Shown piece after piece: positions 9,352-19,634 of a DNA stretch of 41,641 bases. This DNA is from Candidatus Moraniibacteriota bacterium. GTDB lineage: Bacteria > Patescibacteriota > Minisyncoccia > Moranbacterales > UBA2206. The stretch lies in NCBI GenBank assembly GCA_027351145.1, contig DAIEIZ010000007.1, forward strand, positions 1 to 41,641, in the 5' to 3' direction. The notes below the pieces were generated by a model. That model ran no database searches. It saw nothing but the letters and a program-made list of their open reading frames with translations, and had not been told where the DNA came from. The first letter of the stretch is position 1; each line of letters starts with the position of its first letter. A program made the position numbers and the translations under genes.

Positions 9352-10320
9352 CTAAGCCTGCTTCTTCACAAAAGATAGCAAATGATGCAATTTAGCAAAT
9401 CCAAAATACATTTTTTGCATAATGACATAGTCTCCGACTAGCCTGTTTTTTTGAACCCAGATTCTTTTTTGCAAAATTTTTCGAAGATTTTTGAGCGTAA
9501 ACCACCAGCCTTGAACATAGGAATAGGCAACTTTTGGCTTGAGAATAAGCACAAAAAAGATTATCTCAAAAATATTCTGGACAAGATAGAGCGGAAAAAT
9601 CCAAAGGAGAGTGAACCATTTGTAGTTTTTTAGGAGCATTTGAGGAATATTTTGATTGCGCCAAAGAAATGTCGCATATCTGACTCCCCTGCCCGTGCTA
9701 CCTGCGCCGGCATGGCAAAAAAAGAGATCAGGAACATAGGCAAAACTTTTTTTGAGCAAATTCAATCGCCAAAACCAATCGACTTCTTCGGAATAGAAAA
9801 AGAAATTACTATCCAATCCAAGACTTTCTTCATAGAGTTTTTTTTCAAAAAAAAGACAAGCCCCCAACAGATAAAATGATTTTTTTTCTTCAAGCCCAAC
9901 TCCGATTGGATGCCCAAACAGGTCAATTGTAGCGTTATATTTTTTCGATTCTTTCTCATCAGCATAATCCTTTTCAAAGGGCGCGACCACATCGAACTGA
10001 TTATTTTGATAAAAGGCAATAATCCTTTCCAGGAAATCTTTTTTTAGCCATGTGTCATTGTTGATGAGCAATAAATATCTTCCCTTTGAAGTTTCAATTC
10101 CCAAATTGTTCCCCCCTGCGAATCCTAAATTTTTGTCGCTCTTCACGATTTTGATGCGTGCGTCCTGATAGTTCTTTTGAAGAAACGCGATACTGTCATC
10201 AACTGAAGCATTGTCCACAAAAATGATCTCGAAATCTTGGTAAGTTTGGCAAAGCAAAGAATCGAATAACTTTTTTAGCCATGCGCTCCCATTATAGTTT
10301 AGAATTATTATTGAAATCAT
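9352..10320 (-). CDS. Glycosyltransferase family 2
   Basis: ISIIILNYNG, VDNASVDDS, NLGFAGGNN, LINND, FFYSEEVD. Confidence 0.9.
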   Translation of the reverse strand: MISIIILNYNGSAWLKKLFDSLLCQTYQDFEIIFVDNASVDDSIAFLQKNYQDARIKIVKSDKNLGFAGGNNLGIETSKGRYLLLINNDTWLKKDFLERIIAFYQNNQFDVVAPFEKDYADEKESKKYNATIDLFGHPIGVGLEEKKSFYLLGACLFFEKKLYEESLGLDSNFFFYSEEVDWFWRLNLLKKSFAYVPDLFFCHAGAGSTGRGVRYATFLWRNQNIPQMLLKNYKWFTLLWIFPLYLVQNIFEIIFFVLILKPKVAYSYVQGWWFTLKNLRKILQKRIWVQKNRLVGDYVIMQKMYFGFAKLHHLLSFVKKQA

Positions 10321-10331
10321 GATTTACGCGT

Positions 10332-11114
10332 TTAATAGGTAAAAAATAATCTTCGCAGCATATTCATTATTTTCACTCTCGTTCTCCAGGGAATCAGCAC
10401 GATCAATTTCACAATCACTATTTGCAATCTGCTCTTAGCCAGATGGGCGCCACTCAGAACTTTCCGATTACTCATGTCTATTTTTAGCCCCATTTTTTGA
10501 GCAATTTTCAGTTTATTGGGAAACCATTTGCCCTTCTCAACGGTATTAATCGTTTCAAATATTCCGGCGGGGAGACAATAAAAGCCATCTGCGTAGGAAC
10601 TGCGATAAGACCCCATGATCTCAAAATTCCAAGGACTTTCTCCGTCAAGAAGCAGTTCTAGCAGATAACTTTTTTTCCACAGACCAAGCACATTAACGCG
10701 ATAAGGCATGCCTTTGGCATACACACCAATTCCCTGCTCAATCACCGAGTCCGGTTTTGGACGCTGATCAATGTGACAGTGATAAAAATCGTTTTCCAAA
10801 AGCACCCTAAAACACTCCTGAAATTTTACACTATCAACATTTTTAACTAAAAATAAATCCTCAAGGATAATGAAAACATACTCCGCGTCGATTTGTTCAA
10901 TAATTTTTCTCACACTACTAGACCAATCTTGATCCTCTCCTGAGAGAATTGTCCGCACTCGTTTATCGCCAAAATTTTGCTTGTTGGCACCAAGATAAAC
11001 TGGATATTCGCAATCCGACCAAAACCGAAAAAAACACTCAAAAAACGGTACCCATAGATCGGAATATTTATCACAAGACAAGACGAGAATGGCAAGATTA
11101 TTTTTATTTTCCAT
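10332..11114 (-). CDS. Putative GT-A-like glycosyltransferase
   Basis: SCDKYSDLW, ILEDLFL, SPWNFE; translationally coupled inside the glycan cluster. Confidence 0.55.
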   Translation of the reverse strand: MENKNNLAILVLSCDKYSDLWVPFFECFFRFWSDCEYPVYLGANKQNFGDKRVRTILSGEDQDWSSSVRKIIEQIDAEYVFIILEDLFLVKNVDSVKFQECFRVLLENDFYHCHIDQRPKPDSVIEQGIGVYAKGMPYRVNVLGLWKKSYLLELLLDGESPWNFEIMGSYRSSYADGFYCLPAGIFETINTVEKGKWFPNKLKIAQKMGLKIDMSNRKVLSGAHLAKSRLQIVIVKLIVLIPWRTRVKIMNMLRRLFFTY

Positions 11115-12141
11115 AAACCATCAATCTAGGATTAATTCCGACAATTTTTAGAATGTAATAATAACCGATTATACAGCCGGTATAGAAGGTTAGAAACGGA
11201 TGCAATAGACAAACCAAGCTTTTTCTTCTGACTGTCAAATAGACACCATAGATCAATGGAAGCACGATAGTTAAGGAATATGGCATAAACAAATATTTCT
11301 TAAACCTGATTTGAGGACTGTCGTGCATCTCTCTTTTAGCAAAACCGGCAATCTCGTCACTATGGAACATATTACTGATAACCCGCCACTTGATTTTGTT
11401 CAAATATTTCCTGAAGCTATCAGATGAATGATGCACGATAAAATCATCTTTTAGCACAAAAATTCTCCGGTCTTTTTTCAGTGTAATGTAGATTATTTGC
11501 GTAAGCATTCTCACATCATTTATTTTTTCACCAAGAAGCTTTTTCACATAATTCACATCTATCGCATTGCCCGCACATAAATCAGCCAACGGCAAACGAC
11601 TATTTTCATCCAAAAATAGAACAGCATATTTTTCCCGAATGGAATGATGTCTATAGGCGGCTAGCATTGATTTTAGATAATATTGAAAACCGGATGACGT
11701 GCCATACATAAAAAACGAAAACGGATCGGAGAAATGATTGATGTAGTCATTGATATAGTGAGCTCCTTTAGGCTTGATGTACCCTCCTGTGAAAATTATT
11801 TTTGCCTCATCTTTTTGAAATATATCCACCCGATCCCCTATTGCGTCCATGTTAGTGAAAACCTCGTCGGAATCCAGAAAAATAATATAGCGGCCTTTTG
11901 CGCTCAAAATCCCAATATGCTTGGCATATTCCGGAAGTTTTCTTTCATTTTTCATGACAACACAACCAAACTCCTTGGCAATTTCCGCTGTCTTATCTGA
12001 CGACCCGCCGTCAAGTACTAATATCTCGATTGAATTCTGATCAAAATTTTGCTTTCTGATGGACTCCAATGACATTCTGATTGTCCTTTCAGAATTCAAA
12101 GTAGGCATTATTATTGAAACTAGCATTTTTTTATCTTCCAT
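11104..12141 (-). CDS. Glycosyltransferase family 2 with C-terminal TM helices
   Basis: VSIIMPTLNS, LDGGSSDKT, IFLDSDE. Confidence 0.9.
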   Translation of the reverse strand: MEDKKMLVSIIMPTLNSERTIRMSLESIRKQNFDQNSIEILVLDGGSSDKTAEIAKEFGCVVMKNERKLPEYAKHIGILSAKGRYIIFLDSDEVFTNMDAIGDRVDIFQKDEAKIIFTGGYIKPKGAHYINDYINHFSDPFSFFMYGTSSGFQYYLKSMLAAYRHHSIREKYAVLFLDENSRLPLADLCAGNAIDVNYVKKLLGEKINDVRMLTQIIYITLKKDRRIFVLKDDFIVHHSSDSFRKYLNKIKWRVISNMFHSDEIAGFAKREMHDSPQIRFKKYLFMPYSLTIVLPLIYGVYLTVRRKSLVCLLHPFLTFYTGCIIGYYYILKIVGINPRLMVYGK

Positions 12142-12143
12142 AG

Positions 12144-13247
12144 TTATTCGGCAGTGATTAAATTGATAAACTCCGCGTAGCTTTTGTCAAAGTTAACTTC
12201 CCTGCTAAAATCCAACGCTGCTCGTTGTAATTTTTGATATCTACCAGCATTTCTGAGAATTTTCACCACCTCATTGCCCAACTCGATCGGATTATTCTTT
12301 TTGCAAATTATTCCGGTTTCTCCATCGCGAACCGCATCACGAAGTCCGTCCACATCATAGGTAATCGCGGGAGTCCCTTGGCTATTAGCCTCGGTTATAG
12401 TCAAACCCCAGCCTTCCTTAGTCGAGGCAGCCAGAAGTAAGTGACTTTTTCGCATCAGTTCGATTTTCTTATCCAATGAGACCTTGCCTAGATATTTAAT
12501 GTCTTTTTGAAACCGGCTTTTAGCAATCAACTTTTTAGTTTTTTCTATATAATCCAATTTTCCTCCTCCGGCAATAATCAGCTTAAGTTCCGACATTAAC
12601 CGCTTAGCCGCTTCAAAAGCCCTAATCTGAGCAATAGTTTTTTTCATAGGCCGGATTGACCCAAAAATTAAAACGGTCGGGACTGCATATTTTTCAATTC
12701 TCCGTAGCGAAGTAATTGGCTCAATCTCAATGCCTTCACTAATAATGTTGATATTTTGAGACTTGAAACCATAGCGCATTAAATCCTTTTTGGTACTAGC
12801 GGAAACTGTAATTACTTTTTGATCGCTTAACATGCGCAGATATAGCGGTTCGAGCAGATAGCCAATCAAGCTTAGTGGAAAAAACATTTCATAGAACCAG
12901 ATTTCCCGCGCCAGCTGATGCACAAAAATAATTTTCTTTTCTTGAACAAAAAATTTACAAAAAAAAGGAATCGTATTTATTTCATCAATCACTAAATCAG
13001 CCCAGCCCTTCAAGTTCTTTTTGTAATATTGATAGGCCCTGAAATAAACTGTCCATTTATTGCCTACTCGAATTATTCTGTAACCATTGACAGCTTCCTC
13101 GTGCAATGCGCCCAAAAATCCGCCCACCAAAAGGATGACTTCGTGTCCATCACGAGCAAGCCGACTAGCAAGCTCTTCATTCACCAACTCCGCTCCGCCG
13201 GCACGGGGATTTTTTTTGTCTTCCCATGTAAACCAAAGTATTTTCAT
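12144..13247 (-). CDS. Glycosyltransferase family 4
   Basis: GGAE, ITVSASTK, EGWGLTITEA. Confidence 0.9.
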   Translation of the reverse strand: MKILWFTWEDKKNPRAGGAELVNEELASRLARDGHEVILLVGGFLGALHEEAVNGYRIIRVGNKWTVYFRAYQYYKKNLKGWADLVIDEINTIPFFCKFFVQEKKIIFVHQLAREIWFYEMFFPLSLIGYLLEPLYLRMLSDQKVITVSASTKKDLMRYGFKSQNINIISEGIEIEPITSLRRIEKYAVPTVLIFGSIRPMKKTIAQIRAFEAAKRLMSELKLIIAGGGKLDYIEKTKKLIAKSRFQKDIKYLGKVSLDKKIELMRKSHLLLAASTKEGWGLTITEANSQGTPAITYDVDGLRDAVRDGETGIICKKNNPIELGNEVVKILRNAGRYQKLQRAALDFSREVNFDKSYAEFINLITAE

Positions 13248-13255
13248 AGAGTTTT

Positions 13256-14197
13256 CTATTTTTCAATCTTGGCACAATTTTCCCTAAACCAATCTATTGT
13301 CATTTTCAATCCATCATCCAATTCAATTTGATGCTTCCAGCCAAGCACATGGAGCCTTGTCACGTCCAGAAGTTTTCTAGGTGTTCCATCCGGCTTGGTT
13401 GAGTCCCAAGCAATTTCACCATTAAATCCAATCAGTTTTTGAATTTTTTCCGCCAATTCTTTAATGCTAATATCCTCCCCCGTACCAATATTCACAATCT
13501 CCGGACTATCATAGTTTTGCATCAAAAAAACACAAGCATCAGCCAAATCAGCAACATGCAAAAACTCACGTTTCGGCTTTCCGGTGCCCCAAAGAGCAAT
13601 CTCTTTTTTTCCTGCCTCTTTCGCTTCATGAAATTTACGGATTAGCGCCGGAAGAACATGACTTGATTCCAAATCGAAATTATCATTTTCACCATAGAGG
13701 TTTGTCGGCATAACTGAGATAAAATTAGTACCATATTGCGCGTTAAAACTCTGGCACATCTTAATACCGGCGATTTTGGCAATCGCATAGGCATCATTGG
13801 TTTCTTCCAAATAGCCAGACATCAGATATTCTTCTTTGATTGGCTGAGGACAATTTTTCGGATAGATACAAGATGAACCGAGAAAAAGCAGCTTTTTAAC
13901 GCCAAATTTCCAAGCTGAGTGGATGATGTTATTTTGAATTTCCAAATTTTCATAGATAAAATCGGCCTTGGCATTTTTATTGGCCATAATTCCTCCCACC
14001 TTAGCTGCAGCCAAAAAAACATAGTCCGGTTTTTCTTTTTCAAAAAAATGCTCGACAGCTTTTTTGTCCATAATATCCAGTTCGCTCCTTTCTCTTAGAA
14101 CCAAATTTAAAAAACCATCCAAAGAAAGTTTCCTGACAAGCGCCGATCCAACAAGTCCTTTGTGCCCGGCAATAAAAATTTTAGCAGTTTTTTTCAT
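13256..14197 (-). CDS. fcl: GDP-L-fucose synthase
   Basis: GHKGLVGSAL, LAAAKVGGI, FLGSSCIYP, YAIAK, MPTNLYG; likely start ATG 14197. Confidence 0.95.
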   Translation of the reverse strand: MKKTAKIFIAGHKGLVGSALVRKLSLDGFLNLVLRERSELDIMDKKAVEHFFEKEKPDYVFLAAAKVGGIMANKNAKADFIYENLEIQNNIIHSAWKFGVKKLLFLGSSCIYPKNCPQPIKEEYLMSGYLEETNDAYAIAKIAGIKMCQSFNAQYGTNFISVMPTNLYGENDNFDLESSHVLPALIRKFHEAKEAGKKEIALWGTGKPKREFLHVADLADACVFLMQNYDSPEIVNIGTGEDISIKELAEKIQKLIGFNGEIAWDSTKPDGTPRKLLDVTRLHVLGWKHQIELDDGLKMTIDWFRENCAKIEK

Positions 14198-14218
14198 AGT
14201 ATTATCATGACTTACGCG

Positions 14219-14379
14219 TTTGCTTGAGTCAGCCAAATTTTTTAAAAAAATCCTGCCTGAGAACGTTTTTTTTCAAAATTTTCCGCTAGATGCCATCGAT
14301 TGAGAGATGATTTTGAAAAGAAAAAAGAGCTCTTGAGTTATTTTTTTAAAAAATTCGACTGCGAGACAAAGCGAGCAAA
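14219..14379. repeat. Long imperfect inverted repeat in the gmd-fcl intergenic region
   Basis: 14236..14251 is the exact reverse complement of 14340..14355; 14270..14279 of 14310..14319; outer tttgcttg/cgagcaaa. Confidence 0.55.
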
Positions 14380-14395
14380 TCCTAATTGCATTCAT

Positions 14396-15460
14396 TTACA
14401 ACTTATTATTTTTTAGAACCTGCACTTGCCCTGCTTCCTCCTTGAAATCAGCCTCAGCCATAAGCTTAACCAAATCGCTAAATTTAGTCTCTGCTGTCCA
14501 GCCCAATTTTTCTTTCGCTTTTGCAGGATCACCGATCAAAAGGTCCACTTCAGCCGGTCGGAAATATTTTGGGTCAATCTCAATAATAGTTTTTCCGGTT
14601 TTTTGATCAATTCCTTTTTCCGCGATTCCTTCTCCAGACCAAGCCAGATCGAAACCGAGAAACTTGCAAGTTTCCTCAACAAATTCTCTCACCGTGTATG
14701 TTTCTCCTGTTGCCAAAACAAAATCATCCGGCTCTTCTTGCTGGAGCATTTGCCACATCCCCTCAACATAGTCTTTGGCATAGCCCCAATCTCTTTTAGC
14801 ATTAATATTTCCCAGATAGAGCTTTTCCTCTAAGCCCAGCTTTATTCGAGCCAGTCCTCGCGTGATTTTTCTCGTCACAAAAGTTTCTCCTCGTCTGGGC
14901 GATTCATGGTTAAAGAGAATTCCGTTACACGCAAACAATCCATAGCTTTCACGATAATTAACCGTAATCCAATAGGAATAGATTTTGGCGCAAGAATAGG
15001 GTGAGCGCGGATAAAATGGCGTGGTTTCTCGCTGTGGCGCTTCTTGCACCTTGCCGAATAGCTCGCTACTTGATGCTTGATAGAATTTTGTTTTTATTCC
15101 CGACTCCTTAATAGCATCCAAAAGTCGAATTGTCCCCAGCCCTGTTACATCGCCCGTATATTCCGGAATATCAAAGCTGACCCGCACATGACTTTGCGCC
15201 GCCAAGTTATATATTTCATCCGGTCTTATTTTTTCGATAAGTCTAGAGATATTACTGCCATCAGAAAGATCGCCATAATGCAGAAAAAGATGCACGCCGT
15301 TGATATGCGAGTCTCTATAGAGATGATCGATTCTTTTAGTGTTAAAAGTGGACGCACGACGAATGATTCCATGCACCTCATAGCCTTTTTCCAAAAGCAA
15401 TTCTGCTAAATAGGATCCGTCTTGACCGGTAATACCGGTAATTAATGCTTTTTTTTGCAT
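14396..15460 (-). CDS. gmd: GDP-mannose 4,6-dehydratase
   Basis: [47 protein letters not shown]. Confidence 0.97.
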   Translation of the reverse strand: MQKKALITGITGQDGSYLAELLLEKGYEVHGIIRRASTFNTKRIDHLYRDSHINGVHLFLHYGDLSDGSNISRLIEKIRPDEIYNLAAQSHVRVSFDIPEYTGDVTGLGTIRLLDAIKESGIKTKFYQASSSELFGKVQEAPQRETTPFYPRSPYSCAKIYSYWITVNYRESYGLFACNGILFNHESPRRGETFVTRKITRGLARIKLGLEEKLYLGNINAKRDWGYAKDYVEGMWQMLQQEEPDDFVLATGETYTVREFVEETCKFLGFDLAWSGEGIAEKGIDQKTGKTIIEIDPKYFRPAEVDLLIGDPAKAKEKLGWTAETKFSDLVKLMAEADFKEEAGQVQVLKNNKL

Positions 15461-15531
15461 GTATTTCGTTATTATAGGTTACTCCTTATTTTACCACATT
15501 CTCCCAATTTTAAAAACAGACCGATTCACGT

Positions 15532-16377
15532 CTAGTGGAATAAATAATAGATCTTCAAAAGTATCCGAAAAAACCAATCCACCCGTTCTGTTACAAAATC
15601 ATTCGGCAAAGTCAGAATGGTTTTTTGGGTGTCCGCAGATGCCTTAATAGCTTTAATTTCCTCCGAGGTCAATCCAGCGGGAAATTTCAACAGTAATTTT
15701 TTCATATTATCACTATTGTTTTTCACCTCTCGCGACCAATATGACTTTCCGTCCACACGGTGGTAATATTTCGTGCCAGCCACAATCTTGAACTCATAAC
15801 CAAAAAGGAATGCCTTATAGCCGAAAGACCAGGATTCCAAAGCGCCAAATTCCGTTTCATAGCCGCCAACTTTTTCAAAAACTGAGCGACGGAAAAGATA
15901 GTTACCATCCACCACGGGATGATAGGCCGTTTTGCGCAAATCATCAAAAACCATCTTATCCTTAAAGAATAGCCATTTCTTGTAGGTCAGATCCAGTCCT
16001 AGAAAGCCATAGAAAAAACAAATATTTTGAAAAGTGACCAAATTATCTTTATCTGTCACGGCGGATAGCAATTTTTGAAAAGATTTTTTGTCCAGATAAT
16101 TATCCGAATCAATCAGGAAAAACCAATCCGCGCTTGCCAGTTTCACACATTCATTTCGCGTAAATCCCCCGCCACGATTTTGCGGATTTTTGCCAATCCT
16201 AACAACTTCCGGATATTTTTTGGCATAAACCTTAATCAGCTCATAAGTACCGTCTTTTGATCCGTCATCCACCATGCAAATTTCAAATTCAGGCAACTTC
16301 AAATTCAAGATTGAACCGACAGTATCGGGAAGAGTTTTTTCGCAGTTATAGCATGGGATGATAAAAGAAATTTTCAT
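15532..16377 (-). CDS. Glycosyltransferase family 2
   Basis: ISFIIPCYN, VDDGSKDGT, LIDSD. Confidence 0.9.
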   Translation of the reverse strand: MKISFIIPCYNCEKTLPDTVGSILNLKLPEFEICMVDDGSKDGTYELIKVYAKKYPEVVRIGKNPQNRGGGFTRNECVKLASADWFFLIDSDNYLDKKSFQKLLSAVTDKDNLVTFQNICFFYGFLGLDLTYKKWLFFKDKMVFDDLRKTAYHPVVDGNYLFRRSVFEKVGGYETEFGALESWSFGYKAFLFGYEFKIVAGTKYYHRVDGKSYWSREVKNNSDNMKKLLLKFPAGLTSEEIKAIKASADTQKTILTLPNDFVTERVDWFFRILLKIYYLFH

Positions 16378-17387
16378 TTTGAATTTTGTGATTTATAGCC
16401 ATTTGGATGCCCCGCGTACCACCTTTTTAAACTTTCCACGCTCTCGGTGATTCCTTTTTTTGAATGCCATTTGAGAATTTTTTGCGCTTTTTGGGAGTTG
16501 GCAAAAATTTCAGAATATTCACCTTTTCTATGCACTGCTTTTCTCTTTTTTAATTTCACTCCAAAACTTTTTTCCACCTCGCTGACAATTTCCTTGACTG
16601 AATATCCCTTGCCATTACCCAGATTAAACGCATCACTCTTGCCACCTTTTTCCAGATATGTGAAAGCGGCAAAATGAGCCTCCACTAAATCCTCCACGTC
16701 AATGTAATCTCGAATCGGAGTGCCATCCGGCGTTTTTACTTTTGCACAAGTAAAAGCAAACGGCTCAATGTTCATCGCACCACGCACCGCATTTTGCATC
16801 AAAAGTTGCGATGGTTTCTTGCTATCCCCAATTATCCCGGAACTTGCTGCGCCGCAAATATTGAAATAGCGCAAGATTACGTAACGCAAGCCAAACGCTT
16901 CATACCAAGGAAGCATTTTTTCAACTAACAACTTCGATTCTCCATAGGGATTGACCGGATTTTGCGGATGATTTTCATCTACGGGAAGATATTTAGTCTC
17001 GCCGTAGGTCGCGCAAGTTGAGGAGAAAATAAGCTTTCCCACCTGGTGTTTTTTCATTGCCTCCAAAAGGTTGAGGCTGCCCATCGCATTATTTTCAAAA
17101 TATAATCCCGGATTTTCCATTGATTCATTCACGAGACATAGCGCGGCAAAATGCAAAACACAATCAATCTTATGTGTGTGAAAAACTTTTTCAATGTCTT
17201 TAGCGTTTCTTAAGTCGCCTCGCACAAAATCCAGCTTGCCAATTTTCTTAAGAATCTTAATCGGTTCCTCAAAACCACGGAATAGATTGTCAAAAACCAC
17301 CACTTCATAGCCATTTTCCAAAAATAGTTTAACGGCATGACTGCCAATATACCCCGCGCCACCTGTTATCAAAATCTTTTTTGGCAT
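16374..17387 (-). CDS. galE: UDP-glucose 4-epimerase
   Basis: TGGAGYIGSH, FSSTCATYG, YGESK, LRYFN, DGTPIRDYI. Confidence 0.93.
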   Translation of the reverse strand: MPKKILITGGAGYIGSHAVKLFLENGYEVVVFDNLFRGFEEPIKILKKIGKLDFVRGDLRNAKDIEKVFHTHKIDCVLHFAALCLVNESMENPGLYFENNAMGSLNLLEAMKKHQVGKLIFSSTCATYGETKYLPVDENHPQNPVNPYGESKLLVEKMLPWYEAFGLRYVILRYFNICGAASSGIIGDSKKPSQLLMQNAVRGAMNIEPFAFTCAKVKTPDGTPIRDYIDVEDLVEAHFAAFTYLEKGGKSDAFNLGNGKGYSVKEIVSEVEKSFGVKLKKRKAVHRKGEYSEIFANSQKAQKILKWHSKKGITESVESLKRWYAGHPNGYKSQNSK

Positions 17388-17404
17388 AAATTACTTTAAA
17401 CTAG

Positions 17405-17902
17405 TTATTTGAATTTTACTCGCAATTTTCTCTTGAGATATTTTTCGTAATTTACCGAACTGTTGATATAGCGAATATTAAAATCATGGTTTATGCGATA
17501 AATTATTGAGTAGGATTTTACCGGCATCTCATCAACAATCACATCCGTTACCAGATGAAAAAAAAGTCCCAATGCCAGACTCAAAAAAATTATTTTGGCA
17601 TACTTATTTTTAAACAAAAACACCAGCAATATTAAAATAATAACATATTCCCATCCATGGAACACTATGTAAACCTTGCCCGATTTCAAAAATTGATAAC
17701 CATCTCTAAAATATCGGAAATTCCAGTTCAAACCAAAAGCAAGGTAATAGTCGATAAAATGATCAAAATCAACAAGAAATCCGCCAATAACGCCAAAAAT
17801 GGCCGCTACAAACGGCTTCTTCCAAATTCGCCAAACAATAAATCCAGCCAGAAGACTGAAAAATATATGAATTGAGAGATGCAAAGGCAAAGATAAATTC
17901 AT
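17405..17902 (-). CDS. Membrane protein, possibly metal-dependent hydrolase-like
   Basis: His/Asp motifs between TM helices: HLSIH, DFDHFID, FHGWE, FHLVTD. Confidence 0.55.
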   Translation of the reverse strand: MNLSLPLHLSIHIFFSLLAGFIVWRIWKKPFVAAIFGVIGGFLVDFDHFIDYYLAFGLNWNFRYFRDGYQFLKSGKVYIVFHGWEYVIILILLVFLFKNKYAKIIFLSLALGLFFHLVTDVIVDEMPVKSYSIIYRINHDFNIRYINSSVNYEKYLKRKLRVKFK

Positions 17903-17926
17903 AGAACTAAAAGTATCATATAGACC

Positions 17927-18643
17927 CTACCACCCTTTTTCCTCCAGAGCCTTTTCGGCGGCATTTCTTTGCGCTTCTTGCTTAGAAAGTCCCTCTCCTT
18001 TTGCCACCATTTCTTCCCCAATATAGGCTCCGATGACAAATTTTTTGTCATGATCCGGTCCAGTTTCCTCCAGTACGCGATAAGAAGGTGTGAGACCGGC
18101 CCGCTCTTGCGCTTCCTCCTGGAAACGACTTTTAGCATCCAAGTAGAGCTTCTTTTCAATGATATTGGGCAATTTCGTCACAACGTGCTTTAGAATAAAC
18201 TGCTTGCAAGCAGCATAGCCCTTTGTTTTTTGATCAAGATAGATCGCTCCGGTAATTGCCTCAAAAGCATTAGCCAAAAGATATTGCCTTGCTCGCCCCT
18301 TGTCCTTAGCCTCGCCACGACTCATCATCAAAAATTCTTCCACGCCAATCTCGCGAGAAATTGTCGCGAGCATCTCACCATTCACCAGCGCCGCACGCCA
18401 ATTAGTCATCTCGCCTTCGGGATTGTTGGGATAGTTATTATAGAGATATTCCGTCACAACCAATTCCAAAACAGCATCACCCAAAAATTCCAAGCGCTCA
18501 TTGTGTTCCAGCTTATAATCCCGATGCTCGTTCAAATATGACCGATGAGTAACGGCTTGTTGCAAGAGATCAATGTTATTAAACTTTATCCCAACCTTTT
18601 TTGCTAATTCTTCAATCACAAGAATAAAATTTTCAAGTTTCAA
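17927..18643 (-). CDS. rnc: Ribonuclease III (start uncertain; GTG 18619 is an alternative)
   Basis: HNERLEFLGDAVL signature; C-terminal dsRNA-binding domain (KSRFQE...SKQEAQRNAA). Confidence 0.97.
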   Translation of the reverse strand: MKLENFILVIEELAKKVGIKFNNIDLLQQAVTHRSYLNEHRDYKLEHNERLEFLGDAVLELVVTEYLYNNYPNNPEGEMTNWRAALVNGEMLATISREIGVEEFLMMSRGEAKDKGRARQYLLANAFEAITGAIYLDQKTKGYAACKQFILKHVVTKLPNIIEKKLYLDAKSRFQEEAQERAGLTPSYRVLEETGPDHDKKFVIGAYIGEEMVAKGEGLSKQEAQRNAAEKALEEKGW

Positions 18644-18759
18644 TTTTCAATTTTCAAACAATTGCCAATCTATCAATGATTTAATTTCCAAATTGAAAAT
18701 CATGCATCAAAAATTGTTTAAAAAAATTTAAAATTAAAAATTTAAAATTAAAAAAATAA

Positions 18760-19266
18760 TTAACTTGTTTTTTCATTTTTTGACTCACCAACCCCTTTGC
18801 TTTTATCAGACTTTTTATTTTTCTTCGTCGTATCATCCTTCATTGGCTCGCCTAATTCACGATAAATTGTCCCGAGCACACCATTGACAAACCGTCCGGA
18901 AGATTCTCCACCAAAAGACTTGGCCAGCTCAATCGCTTCATTGATTGCTACTTTTGGCGGGACTTCTTCATAGTTGCCAAAAAGCAATTCGCAAATTCCT
19001 AAACGTAAGATATTGCGGTCAACTAAGGTTACTTGATCAAGTGGCCACTCTGGAGCGCATTTTTCAATCAATGGATCAATTTTGCCTTGATTATCCAGTG
19101 TTGTTTTCACTAATGTTTCCACAAACGACGAATCATCCATCCCGGGAGCAAACTCCCTGATATTTTTTTGCATAATTTCAGCAACCATCTCCTTTTTTCC
19201 ACCCTTAAAATCCCACTCATAGAGAGATTGCATTGCTATTGACCGTGATAGGTGCCTATTTGCCAT
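18760..19266 (-). CDS. nusB: Transcription antitermination factor NusB
   Basis: [38 protein letters not shown]. Confidence 0.97.
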   Translation of the reverse strand: MANRHLSRSIAMQSLYEWDFKGGKKEMVAEIMQKNIREFAPGMDDSSFVETLVKTTLDNQGKIDPLIEKCAPEWPLDQVTLVDRNILRLGICELLFGNYEEVPPKVAINEAIELAKSFGGESSGRFVNGVLGTIYRELGEPMKDDTTKKNKKSDKSKGVGESKNEKTS

Positions 19267-19281
19267 TTTTTATGTTTTTGC

Positions 19282-19488
19282 TTATTTTTTCTTCGCTTTG
19301 CGGGTGAGTTTTTTGGTAGTATCAATCACCTCTTTCCCCTTATATTGACCGCAATTGCTACACACAACATGAGCTTCAATTTGAGTCTTACAATTTGTGC
19401 ATTCCACTAAATTCTTCGGTTTTAGTTTGTAGAACACTCGGGCTCTGTCTCTTCGGGCCTTAGTATGGCGTTTTCTTGCTACTGGCAT
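19282..19488 (-). CDS. rpmF: 50S ribosomal protein bL32 (zinc-ribbon form)
   Basis: MPVARKRHTKARRDRAR...CTNC...HVVCSNCGQYKG. Confidence 0.95.
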   Translation of the reverse strand: MPVARKRHTKARRDRARVFYKLKPKNLVECTNCKTQIEAHVVCSNCGQYKGKEVIDTTKKLTRKAKKK

Positions 19489-19518
19489 AGTTTAAATATA
19501 ATAGTTAATGTCCTACGT

Positions 19519-19547
19519 AATATATCATCAATATTGTTATTTGGCAA
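19519..19547 (-). promoter_or_regulatory. Sigma70-type promoter for rpmF-nusB
   Basis: TTGCCA-17 nt-TATATT with TG extension. Confidence 0.6.
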
Positions 19548-19611
19548 ATGGGCACCTTCCGTATAAACACAACATTACCACATCTAACTGACCGCGCTAG
19601 ATCAAGCCGGA

Positions 19612-19631
19612 AGACGCAAAATTTTGCGTCT
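19612..19631. repeat. Degenerate REP-like palindrome after the cyclophilin stop codon
   Basis: agacgcaaaattttgcgtct is a perfect 20-bp palindrome; minus strand reads gcagagacgc...gcgtcttcc, sharing the AGACGC/GCGTCT core with 6514..6547. Confidence 0.55.
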
Positions 19632-19634
19632 CTG

